Shown here: piece after piece, positions 1 through 13,800 of the stretch
Numbering within the stretch: the stretch's first letter is position 1
Layout: the number at the start of each line of letters is the position of its first letter
Assembly: GCA_943704425.1 (NCBI GenBank)
Contig: CALSCP010000320.1
Span: forward strand, 1-57,580
DNA length: 57,580 nucleotides
Source: Ministeria vibrans ATCC 50519
Taxonomy: Eukaryota; Protista; Filasterea
Reading direction: 5' to 3'
Notes under the pieces: generated by a model
The model's input: only the letters and a program-made list of their open reading frames with translations
Databases searched by the model: none
What the model was told of the DNA's origin: nothing
Translations under genes and position numbers: made by a program

Positions 1-380
1 AGTGTCTGTCGAATACGGACGAGTGTGGATCGAGTCCGTGCCAGAACGGTGCGACATGCAACGACGATGTCAACATGTTCAGCTGCGTGTGTCCGGCCGG
101 CTTCAACGGCGACATGTGTGAGGTGGACACTGACGAGTGCGAGTCGAGTCCGTGTGCCAACGCAGGTACATGTGTGGATGCCGTGGATGGGTTCTCGTGT
201 ATGTGCGCCTCGGGGTGGTTTGGCACACAGTGTCTGTCGAATACGGACGAGTGTGGATCGAGTCCGTGCCAGAACGGTGCGACATGCAACGACGATGTCA
301 ACATGTTCAGCTGCGTGTGTCCGGCCGGCTTCAACGGTGAGCTGTGTGAGGTGGACATTGACGAGTGCGAGTCGAGTCCG
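1..380 (+). repeat. Near-identical direct repeat, 228-bp period (two EGF units)
   Basis: agtgtctgtcgaatacggacgagtgtggatcg... at 1 recurs at 229. Confidence 0.85.
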
Positions 381-1964
381 TGTCAGAACAGCGGGACCTG
401 CATCGACGGCATTGGCATTTTCAGCTGCAGCTGTGTCCTGGGTTGCACGGGTGCGCTGTGCCAGACGCAAATACCGTGTGCATCCAATCCATGTCGGTTT
501 GGCGTCTGTGTTGAGAGCAGTCTGAGCACCGAAGTTTCTTTTGCGTGCATTTGCAATGTCGGAATCACCGGCACGCTGTGCAATGACCGTATCAACGTGT
601 GCGCCTCCAATCCATGCCGCAACGGAGCGACATGCGTCAATGCTTTCAGCGAGACCTTTCTCGCAATCCACTACAATTGCACGTGCGCCGAAGGATATAC
701 TGGCGAGGAGTGCGAGGTGGACATTGACGAGTGCGCGTCGAGTCCGTGCCTAAACGCTGGCACTTGTGTCAACGCAATGGGCGTGTTTACGTGCACGTGT
801 GCCATTGGCATTACGGGTGCGCAGTGTGAGACGGTGGTTGACGTGTGCGCCTCTAATCCGTGTGCCAATGGCGGCACCTGTGTCAGTTCACCCTCGGGTG
901 AGGATTTTGTGTGCACCTGTACAACTGCCTGGACTGACGTCGCGTGCACCAGCGACATTTGTGCGTCATCATTGCAAATTACCACAAATGCCGAAAAGGC
1001 ACACGTCATGGCGGCGGTGTCCTTGTGCGATCCACTCGCGGTTGGAACTGTCGAAGTGACCGGCAGTGAGTTGACAACCATCGACGACCTGTTCAAGAGA
1101 GCCGTATTGAGAGATTGGGAGGGTGTGAACATCGTCATTCGCAATCTCACCAACAAAGCGATGACGGCAATGGCACTTGAGACCGAGGACGTGGGCTCTT
1201 TTGCAGTCGTGGACAATCCCTACTTGCGCCATCTCGACCTGCCCTACCTGGATGATCTCGACGGTGGGCTGTACATCCAGAACAACCCGACACTTATCTC
1301 TGTGTCCATGCCCGAGCTGAACAACGTTGACAAGGACGATCAGGGTGTAGGCATCCGCATCAGCGGCAACGACCAACTGCGCGTCATCTCGGCTTTTTCC
1401 GGCGGTCCCGGCCTCACATGCTCCCATTGCAATGTGCTCATTGAAAACAATTCTGCGCTCACGAGTTTATGCAAGAACGAGCACGACAACCTCAGTGAGC
1501 TCAAGGGCACAAGCCGCAGTGCCGAAGAGTTTGTCTTCCCCAGCAAGAACGACCTGACGTGCGGAGTATTTTGCTCGGGCGGAGTCTTTGCGGACAATTT
1601 CGCACTCTCTGTGCTCAGCGAGTGTACAGTCGTCTCGGGCGACGTCGTCATGCAGGGTTCTGGTATTTCGTCGACGTCAACCAGTGCTCTCAGCAGCATA
1701 CACAGCATCCGCGGCGATCTGCGCATCTCGGACACCAACCTTTTGTCGCTCTTTTTCATGTTCACCAACCTCCAAGTGGTCGAGGGCAGCGTGACCATCA
1801 CCAACAACGACTCACTATTCGGTATCAGGTTCCCTGTCATCTCTCTCGTAAAAGGCGACTTTTACTTGAAAGCCTCGAGATTCACCCTGACTCTCACTCA
1901 GACCGATCGCATTAGGTCGGCAACGCAGGGAACGGTGACTCTGCCTTCTGATTTTCTCCGTTGA
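3..1964 (+). CDS. 5'-truncated EGF-repeat protein (~8 EGF visible) ending in receptor L-domain-like repeats; no TM in the visible part
   Basis: Frame is open from base 3 ([13 protein letters not shown]...). EGF consensus DECxSxPCxNGxTC...CxCxxGFxGxxC is followed by L-domain-like segments (LSECTVVSGDVVM; LSSIHSIRGDLRISDTNL; FTNLQVVEGSVTITNN; LDDLDGGLYIQNNPTL). Stop TGA at 1962-1964. Confidence 0.85.
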   Translation, partial: CLSNTDECGSSPCQNGATCNDDVNMFSCVCPAGFNGDMCEVDTDECESSPCANAGTCVDAVDGFSCMCASGWFGTQCLSNTDECGSSPCQNGATCNDDVNMFSCVCPAGFNGELCEVDIDECESSPCQNSGTCIDGIGIFSCSCVLGCTGALCQTQIPCASNPCRFGVCVESSLSTEVSFACICNVGITGTLCNDRINVCASNPCRNGATCVNAFSETFLAIHYNCTCAEGYTGEECEVDIDECASSPCLNAGTCVNAMGVFTCTCAIGITGAQCETVVDVCASNPCANGGTCVSSPSGEDFVCTCTTAWTDVACTSDICASSLQITTNAEKAHVMAAVSLCDPLAVGTVEVTGSELTTIDDLFKRAVLRDWEGVNIVIRNLTNKAMTAMALETEDVGSFAVVDNPYLRHLDLPYLDDLDGGLYIQNNPTLISVSMPELNNVDKDDQGVGIRISGNDQLRVISAFSGGPGLTCSHCNVLIENNSALTSLCKNEHDNLSELKGTSRSAEEFVFPSKNDLTCGVFCSGGVFADNFALSVLSECTVVSGDVVMQGSGISSTSTSALSSIHSIRGDLRISDTNLLSLFFMFTNLQVVEGSVTITNNDSLFGIRFPVISLVKGDFYLKASRFTLTLTQTDRIRSATQGTVTLPSDFLR

Positions 1965-2400
1965 AAAAGTCAATATTGATTAATAATAATAATATTGAGT
2001 AAACTATGCATTTTATTCCGATTATTTGTTACTATTATGACGGATTATTAAATAAGGTTGTTTATTGCTCTATTTTATTATTAATTTTTTTATAAATAAC
2101 AATAATAATAATTATTACTATTATTAATATTATTATTAGAATTTATAGAAAAGCGGAGTTTTAGAGTGTTTTGAGGGGCTGTTGCTCATGCTGAAGTACT
2201 GAAGTAGAAAAGCTCAAGTGCTCGCGAAGGCAAACACTTGTTCAGGAATTGTGTTCAGACCCTGAACCGCTTGCAAAATCCGCTAAGGGTTGCACTGACT
2301 TCGCACCGACAACGGGGTAGACATATAGAAAGTAAGACAGCACGTCTTGATGATATAAAAATAATTATACTTATTATGATAATAATTATCATTATTTTCA

Positions 2401-4553
<2,153 letters not shown>

Positions 4554-4827
4554 GTTTCAACGGATGCGCACTGGGAACCAACACGGAAGCAATGCGGTGC
4601 AAACAAGATGCACACACACAGAAAGACAGTAAGTGTATGAATAATTATTTTTTCGCGATCGAATAAAACCAAATGTATACTCTCCTTTATTTTTCTTATT
4701 TGATATTATGATCAAATCGATTGTAAACAAGCTGAATCATCTTGTACGACTAGGTAGTACTCGACGGACGACCGGAGTAAAAAGAACTGCATTACGCCCA
4801 TGAGAGGAATAATATATGAAGTTGTGT

Positions 4828-5208
4828 TTACTTGGGAACAGCGACAATGTCAAAGAGCTGCACCTTAGTCTCATACCAAATGGGAGGATCAGAATTGCGG
4901 AGGTAGATGATGCCCCAGAGGTAGGTTGAAAACCAATGGGAGGTGCCGGCGGTGGGCTGGCACTTACGGATGAGGATTGGGTGGGGCACGGGAAGCAGAC
5001 CGACAAGTGTGCCATGGCGCAGGAAGGCAAGGACGTCCGCCTCGTCCGTAATGCCACTGATGCGCAGAAACGTGAAGAGACAAAGAAAGAAACGAGAAGA
5101 GAAAAGAAGAGAAGAGAGAAAGAGAGAAAGAGTTTGAGTTTGAGAGAGTTTGAGTTTGAGTTTGAGTTTGAGTTTGAGTTTGAGTTTGAGTTTGAGTTTG
5201 AGTTTGAG

Positions 5209-5253
<45 letters not shown>

Positions 5254-5317
5254 AAGACAGAGTTCAAGAGAGAGAGTTCAAGAGATTCAAGAGAGTTCAA
5301 GGGAGTTCAAGGGAGTT

Positions 5318-5355
<38 letters not shown>

Positions 5356-8300
5356 AGAAGAACAAAAAACAAGTGATAGAGAGAGAGAGAGAGAAAGAAA
5401 GAGAGAGAGGACGCGAAAGGAGAAGAACAAAAAACAATGATAGAGAGAGAGAGAGAGAGGAGTGGGAAAGAAACACAGTGATAGAGAGAGAGAGATAACG
5501 TGGTAGAGAGAGTTTTTCAGCACAAGTCCAATGAAGTAAACTAAGCATTGTCATACCGGTCCAGGCAGATTTTCTCCACTTGTGGTACAAGCACTTGAAG
5601 GAGGCGCGTAATAGCCTGCAGCGGCAGTTTGGGCTTCCATGTTGCTAGCTACGGAACAGACATGGACAACACCAAGGATGAGACGGATAAGAGACGGGAT
5701 TGACTGACCCATTCGTTGTCGGGAACAAAGCCTTGGACGGCGGCCCGGGCCTTGGCGGGGGTGGGGGGCAGCTCGGCGGGCCCAGCGGAAGCGGAGGAGG
5801 AGGAGTCAAGAGGGCGGCGGCGCCCTGTGGCCTTGCTGGAAGGGAAAGTGGGGGCGGAGGGCAACGACAAGGTGCTTAATCGTTCAAAGACATCCCGTTT
5901 GCGGATTAGTGTGTAGATTAGGTTGGCGTTGCCTGCAAGAGAAAAAAACAGCGTGGTGGTGAGAGAAACAAGACAGTGCCAAAATGATAGATCAAGAGAG
6001 AGAAACAAAGGATAGATCGAGAGAGAGAAACAAAGGATAGAGAGAGAGAGAAACAAAGTGATAGAGAGAGAAACAAGGCGATAGATAGAGAGAAAAGTGA
6101 TAGAGGGAAAAAAGAAACAAAGCGATAGAGAGAGAAACAAGGTGATAGAGAGAGACAAAGTGATAGAGGGAAAAAAAGAAACAAAGTGATAGAGAGAGAG
6201 AAAGAAAGAAACAAAAGAGAGAACAAAGTAATAGAGAGAATAAGTGATTGCAAGGACAGCCGAGTGCACATACCGTCAAACTGATACTGAACAAGATTGT
6301 TTACAATCTCAAGAAGGAAAAAGACAAGGTGGTGATTGGATGGAGAGGCAAAGAGAAAGCGCGGAGCGGACACGACCTCCAGGAGATGGATGAGTTTGCT
6401 GGTAGCCGGCATGGACAGTGCCTAAGCCATACGACACAAAAATAGCAGAAGAGAGAATAGAATGATGTAAAAACCAACAAAAGGCAAACAGAATGATGAA
6501 AAACAAAGTGAGAGAGAGAAAAGAGAGAGAGCGAATTAGCCAAAGAAAACTGGTTGACTGGTTTGCGAATGTACCTTCACGTAGGGACTGATATTGACCA
6601 GAATTGTCAACATACAGTCGTACAGAGTGGCCAATCGCTCATGTCCACTCGTAATCACCCGATGAAACACCTGCAAACCCCAACAAAAACTCATAATCAC
6701 ACACAACCTCTCTATCTCGCCACTCAATAAGTTACCAGAACAAGCAAATCAGCGTAGTTCCCTTGAAACACAGGCAAATCCATTGGTACGTGACGTGTAA
6801 ACTGTTTGTTCAGTCGCACTCCAAAATTCCGCTCAGAGGAAACCATTAAAAGAATAAATATCCCAATGTGAACCAATCCCAAAGTCGCTACACAATTTTT
6901 TTTTAGTTTCTCCGTCTGTTTTTCTTTTCTTTTTCTCTCTCTTGTTCGTACCCGGATCAGAACGGGACTTGTATACGAAATAGAGAGTGGGAAGCAACAA
7001 ATCGAGAACGTCTGAGCTCTTCAGCAGATGAAACATAAACGCCTAAACACACACGACACACACACACACACACACACACACAATAAGAGACAGTTGCAAC
7101 CGCTTGTGTCTTTCGGTTTCGTCTCTGTCGTACTTTGTTTAGATCACAAAACTTCCACAGGAGAATGAGAAGTTCCTGATGGAACTTGACGGGAGCAACG
7201 GAAGCCGGGAGGTAGGTGGACGCAAGCGGGTCGTTGAGAAGGCGCTTGAGAGCCGTGATGATGAAGTGGAAGTCGTCGGGACGATGGAGGCGCGAGAGGA
7301 AGAGCCGGAACTGGTTGGGCGGAGCATCTCCTGCTGATGCGGATGGTGGGGCGGTGTAGTCCAACAGGATAATGAATAGCTGTGTGACGGGCTCGACGAG
7401 GCGCGTTGGAGCGTCGCTGGTAAAGAGGTATGCGTAGGGGAGGGAGAAGGCTGAGCGGGGCTCATACGAGCAGAGTGTATTGAGCAGCGAGCAGAACAGC
7501 GGCAGGGCGGCTGCATCAGAGCATTCCGTAAAGTACGACAACCACTTGTTGGGCGGTGCATGCGCAGGGTCCGCTGGTTTGCTGTACAGTTGCTCCGAAA
7601 AGCACACAAGAAGAAGCTTGACTATGAGCTCGCGCGCGGTCAAATGCGCCGCAGAGCAGCCTGCCGCACTTGTGATGCCCACTCCCGCAGCCCAGATGTG
7701 CTCGCGCGCATCCACGTCGTGCATGTCAACGTGCGTTGATCCTCGCTTGAGCGTTAACCCGGGACAAAAGCACAGCTGCAAAAGACTGTCGAGAAGCACA
7801 ACAGCAAGGGGGCGTTGCAGCGCATCGCTGCTCTCCGCCCGCTGTCCTACCGACGTGTCTCTACCACCACCTCCACCACGGCCGCCGCCGCCGCCGCCGC
7901 CGCCTCCTCCTCCATACCGTCCATGGCGCCGGACGCGCACGCCGTGCCCATGGCCATCATCATCATCATCGGTGGTGTCATCGTCATCCCCCGCAGCACC
8001 CTCCTCCGCCTCCAGACTCTCCACCGACATGACTGCAGCGGCACTCTCAGCAGCCTCGTCTCGCCCAGCCGCCGCCACGCCACCCTCGTCGGCACCCCCT
8101 CCCGCGTCGCTGTCGCCCCCGTCGCCCTCAGCAGCCGCCATGGACTTGCCAGTGACGCGCAGAGTGTTGGACCAGAAGAAGCTGCGCCAGTCGCCGTCTT
8201 CAAACACATACGGCATGATGCGAATCAGAATACGCATGCACGTCGTGATCGCCACATAGTCCTCCTGGTCCGCACACCCTTGCTCGCTTGCAAACACGAT

Positions 8301-8716
8301 GCGCTCAATGGCCTAAGGTTGATTATTATGATAATAATATTATTATTATGAATAATTGTCTCAAAAATAGCAAAAAAAAGAACAAGCCCTTAAGAGAGTC
8401 GAGAGGGAGGCAGAGGCGGTGGCTGTGGGCTGACCTTTCGCAGCAACGAGCGGAAGTTGGCAGGGGCGTCGTCTTTGGCGTGGCGGAGGGCGGAGGCGGG
8501 CGCATGGAGGTGCAGGGCGTCGCTGGAGGCGCCACTGCTCCACAGACGCACCCAGAAGTCCTCGTCGATCGACGAGATGGGCTAGAGGGGGGGGAGGGAG
8601 GGGAGACGCATGTGCATGAGGACGGGCAGGGCGCATGGGGGGCGGCGTACGTGATCGCTGTCGCGAAGACGATCAAGCGAATTCTCAATCACTTCCGTCG
8701 ACACAGCACCGCCCAT
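4828..8716 (-). CDS. HID1: HID1 (HID-1/dymeclin family Golgi peripheral membrane protein), multi-exon
   Basis: N-terminus MGGAVST (myristoylation-type), DEDFW, RILIRIMPYVFEDGDWRSFFWS, LFCSLLN, FLSRLHRPDDF, FHQELLILLWKFCDLNK, ERNFGVRLNK, NISPY; C-terminus HGTLVGLLPVPHPILIRK...TYLWGIIYLRNSDPPIWYETKVQLF, stop at 4828-4830. Confidence 0.92.
5130..5352. repeat. Intronic (GAGTTT)n, (GA)n and GAGTTCAA satellite
   Basis: Direct reading; HID1 last intron. Confidence 0.9.
5985..6250. repeat. Degenerate ~20-bp minisatellite (TGATAGAGAGAGAAACAAAG-like) in an HID1 intron; related copies at ~5370-5510
   Basis: Direct reading. Confidence 0.8.
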
Positions 8717-8924
8717 TGGTGAGCCTTGTGTCGTCCGCGAGGGGGTTCACACGCACACAAAGGCAAGATTCAAACGACGTAGAGACGACGAAGCGAGAAG
8801 CGAAAGTGTAGTGATACTCAAATGACTCAATGAGTCACTTCTAAAAATGTTGTCTTCTTCACTTTCTCTTCTTAGTTCACAGCACCCTTCACTAATTTTG
8901 CTTACTTTTGGACGCACGGCCGCG
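8717..8924. promoter_or_regulatory. Probable bidirectional promoter between HID1 and the GH27 gene
   Basis: Divergent start codons only 208 bp apart. Confidence 0.55.
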
Positions 8925-10666
8925 ATGAGAACAGTTTGGATCATCCAGCTTGCTGTGCTGGCGGGAGTTTCGCTTGTGCACGCGTGTACGAGCGGAAAGA
9001 GCTCACTCGCTCGCTCACGTTCCTTGCCCTTCTCTCCCTTTTCTGCGTAGACGACAATGGCATTGGGGGACGCCCGCCAATGGGATGGAACACGTGGTGC
9101 ACCCAAGACGCCTGCGGTGCGATTGGTAGGCTTGCGGTGACTCATAATCGCGTTTGACGGGTAGTTTGGCGTTTCGCTTCCTCCATTCACAGACGACTGC
9201 TCCGACAGCGAGGTTCGCTCCGTCGCCAAGGCCATGGTCGACCAGGGCTTGGACAAGCTAGGCTATGAATTTGTCAACCTGGACGGTACGAAACGACAGC
9301 GAGAAAGCGCGCAATGACGTCCCTCTGCCCACAGACTGCTGGAGCGCGACGGAACGCACCGCATCCGGTGAACTGCAGCCCGACGCAAAGCGATTTCCCA
9401 ACGGAATGAAAGCACTTGCCGACTACGTCAACTCACTTGGACTCAAGCTCGGTGTGTACACTTGCATTGGAACCAAGACGTGCCGTCGCAACCGCCCTGG
9501 ATCATACGGCCATTACGAGCAAGATGCGCGCACGCTTGCCTCTTGGGGCATCTCGTTCGTCAAGGTCGACAACTGTGCCCACCCCGCCACCAACGAGACC
9601 ACCGAACAACTTTACTCCGACTTTTCGCGCGCGCTCAACGCCACGGGCCGTCCCATGCTCCTCTCTCTCTGCGAGTGGGGTCGTGACAACGTAACTCAGT
9701 GGGGCGCCAAAGTCTCCCAAATGTTCCGCATCCAAATGGTACGCTATCAAGCACACACAGCCCATCCCACCCCACACGTCACTCTTCATTCTCTCCCGTT
9801 ACCCCGTACAGGACCATCTCCCGTTCTGGCACTTCCCGGGCACCGCAGCCGGCGAAGGCTTTGGTCAGGGCACCTACGACATCATCGAGTACGTGGCAAC
9901 CCTCCGACCCTCCACCTTTGTCAAACAGGTACAGAGATTGAAAAAGATCAACCAGTGAGCGTCCGCGCTCAAGGGTTTCTCTCCTCTCACCCCCCCCCNN
10001 NNNNNNNNGACGCAACGCCATCTTGGCAGCTACCGCCATTCTGGCATGGGGTCGACGTACAGTCGTTTATGCCTCTCTTTGATTCTTTTCCCTCTGTCTC
10101 AGTTTGGCTGGCTTGATCCTGACTTCGCCGAGACGCTTTTTCCCGTCACAATGAACTTCATTGACTCGCGCACTGAGTTCTCCTTCTGGGCTCTCTGGTC
10201 CGCTCCTTTACTCGTTGCAACCGATTTGCGAAATTTAGACAAGCACAAGGAGCGCAAAGAGATTGTCACCAACGAAGAAGGTTCAACCAAAAAAACAGAA
10301 CACACACACTGATTCGGTTGGCACATCGGCCGGATTGAACACTTGAGCATTGTTGTTGTAGTGATTGCGATTGATCAAGACCCACTGTGGACGGGCGGAG
10401 ACCGGATTGCAAACCACACCGATGGCGGACAGGTGTGGTTCAAACCGTTGGCCAACGGCGACTGTGCCGTCATCCTCTATAATAGCGGCAACCGAGCGTC
10501 TATCGACGTCACCGTCCACTTTGCCGACCTCCACTGGGCCCCGTCCTCCACCGCCGCCGTTCGCGACCTTTGGGCCCGCGCCTCTCTTGGCAACGCCACC
10601 GCTTCCTACTCCGCCCACATTGCCCCCCACGACGTCAAAATGCTCCGTCTCACAAAACTCCAATAG
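8925..10666 (+). CDS. Secreted/lysosomal GH27 alpha-galactosidase / alpha-N-acetylgalactosaminidase, spliced (N-gap at 9999-10008 in an intron)
   Basis: Signal peptide MRTVWIIQLAVLAGVSLVHA; DNGIGGRPPMGWNTW, YEFVNLDDCW, RFPNGMKALADYV, WGISFVKVDNC, ALNATGRP, SLCEWG, GWLDPD, FSFWALWSAPLL, IAIDQDPL, VRDLW. Confidence 0.93.
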
Positions 10667-10885
10667 TTGATTGCAAAGAAAAGAAAAATAATAATAATGA
10701 ATAAAGAGACATTTACTCAAAATAAGAATCAAGAATTTTAATAACAATGCAAAAAAGAGAATACAATGCCCCCATCAAGCTTGAAAAAATGAATTATGAT
10801 CATTGTATCAAAGTCACAAAGGAATTCTCTCTGTCTCTCTCTGTCTCTCTTTGTCTCTCTCTGTCTCTCTAGCCACGCCGCTCAT

Positions 10886-13800
10886 TTAGACATATCTCTC
10901 GTCATAAAGGGAATTGCTCGTGTCAAACAGACGCGTGCCAGGCGCACCATAGCCCGGTTCGACACTAGGTCCTGCCACATCCGACGTGAACAGCGTTCCG
11001 CGAGGCGACGGTCCAAACGATACCTCGTCGTCGTAATTGCTGCTAGACGTGCCAGTGCCGCGCATGTGGCGGCCCATCGCGGCTTCATTTGGATAAAGGC
11101 CACCCACGGTAGTCGGTTGCTCCGCGTGCAAACTAAACAGGTTACCAATTTGCATGCTCAAAGAGTCCTGCTCCCGGCGCAATCCCTCGTATGCCGCACT
11201 CCATCGGTCCGTGTTGGCCATTTGACGCTCAATCGCAATCTTGCGATGGCGCAGTCGCGTCGCCGTGTCCAAGAAATCATCCGTTTGCGGAGCGGAACCC
11301 GTCGCATCAGTCGTCACGCTGCGTCCTATACGCGATGAACGCATCTCATCGCCCGCATGCACAGAGTGGTCCTCGTACGATGACGTCGTGCCCAACGCCG
11401 TCGGCAAACCCAGACCCACCACACGAGTGGTCTGAGTCGGCGAAGACTTGCCGCGTGGCGTCTCCAGATACGGTCGATTACCGACGTCCGACATTTCAAT
11501 CCGACCGCCACTGTAGCGAAGATCGTCAAGATCGCGTCGCGATCGTCGATGACGCGTCACCAACACAGCAACAATAATCAAAATGAGCAGAAACAGAAGC
11601 GTGAGGCCCACAGCCAGTCCAACGGTCGTCGACGAGCTCGAAGACGAATTGTCCTGGCCAGTGCCTTGTGCCACCGTGTACACACCAAAGGGTGTCGATG
11701 TCGCACGGCGTCGTCGCGTACCCCCAACGCACAGCTCAGCTGAGAGACCGTCGGCCGCCACAACAATCGTACCTTCCGTAACCACCGTCCAGTCGTTGGC
11801 CGACGGCGACGACGCACGCACAAGCTGAATTGTACTGCCCTGAATCGACGACGGAATACAAAACGTCATGCACACCTCGCCAAAGAACGCCTGGGTGTAC
11901 GGCGACAGTGCAATGTAGTCACCGTGGTTGGTCGAGGTCAGGTTGGTCGTGGACACATCCGAAGTTGACAGCACCGAAATACCCAGTGTCGTCGTGCTCG
12001 CCACCGCACTACTAGTCACCTGCACCGAGTCACACGTACTCCCTGGAATGCTCACCTTGCCAGACTGTCCTGCTGTAATCGGAAGCTCAGCACCCACGGC
12101 ACAATCGCCGTCGACCGTGCTTCCGCCATCGCAGCCCTGGTAACGAATCTGGCCCGACGGACATGCGGTGCACGTCGCGCACACCGTCTGACCAACCGAT
12201 GGGTTGTAACTGCCTTCGGCGCAGGGACTGCACGGACCCGTGTTCAGCGGGCCAAAATGACCCGTCGCACACAGCGTACAGTCGTCGCCAGCGGCCGTCT
12301 CGGGACACGTGCAAGTGAAGCCCGCCACTTCGTTGGTACAGGTGCCACCATTGGCACACGGCGATGACGCACACTCATCCACATCCGTCTCGCACTGTGA
12401 GCCCGTGAAACCAGACGCGCACGTACACGTGTGGCTATTTACCGCGTCCACACAAGTCCCGCCATTAGAGCACGGCGACGACGCACACTCGTTGGTGTCT
12501 GTTGCGCAGGTGATGCCGGAGTAGCCATCGGCACAGTTGCACGTGTACGACACGACACCGTCGACGCAGGTTGCGCCATTGGAGCACGGGTTCGACGCAC
12601 AGTCGTCAACGTTCACGTCGCAGACCGAGCCTGTAAAGCCAGTGACACAGGCGCAGCTAAAACCATCGACAGCATCTGTGCACGAGCCGCCATTTCTGCA
12701 CGGCGATGAAGAGCACTCGTTGTCGTTGGTCGCGCAAAGTGTGCCCGAGAAGCCGCTCGCACATGTGCACGTGTAGCCATCGACGGCGTCGTTGCACGTC
12801 GCACCGTTGCTACACGGCGACGAATCGCACTCGTTGTCGTTGGTCACACACAAGGTGCCGGAGAATCCACTGGCGCACGTACAAGTGTACGAAACGACAC
12901 CGTCCACACACGTCGCCCCGTTGGCACACGGTGACGACGCACACTCGTCGTCGTTCACCTCGCAGTGAACGCCCGAAAATCCGGCCGCACACGTGCAGCT
13001 GTAGGTAGTCGTGAAGGTGCACGTGGCACCATTCGAGCACGGACTGCTCCCACAGGTGTCCACCAGGTCGCAGGCGGTGCCACCAAAGCCAGTGGCACAC
13101 GCGCACGTGTAGCCATCGACGGCGTCCGTGCATGACCCACCGTTGACACACGGCGTCGATGCACACTCGTCAATGTCCGTCTCGCACTGTGCACCCGTGT
13201 AACCAGCAAGACACGTGCACACAAAGAGATCAGCCTGCGTGCCCGACGAGCACACGCCACCGTTCACACAGGGCGCCGACTGGCACTCGGGAATGTCCGT
13301 CTCACACTGCACGCCGGTAAAGCCCGACACACAGGTGCATGCCCACGAATTGGGCGCATCCTCGGCGCACGTACCACCGTTGGAGCAGGGCGACGACTCA
13401 CACTCGTTGATGTCCGACTCGCATGTGACACCGGTGTAGCCCGCAGCGCAAGTACAAGAAAATTCGTCCACTTTAGAGCTCTCGACGCAAGTGCCTCCGT
13501 TGGTGCACGGACTCGACTCGCACTCATTAACATTCTCCGTACACGTCACGCCAGTGTAGCCGGGAGCACACACGCACACGTACGAAGAGGCACCATCCTC
13601 GCAGGAGGCACCATTCTGACAAGGCGACGAAACACACTCGTCAATGTTTACCTGGCACTCCTCACCCGTAAATCCCGATGGACACTGGCACACAAACAAG
13701 TTGGGTGTTGCCGCATCGGTACACACGCCCCCGTTGCTGCAGGGCGACGACTCGCACTCGTCGACATTTCCCGAGCACGACACTCCTGTAAAGCCGGCGG

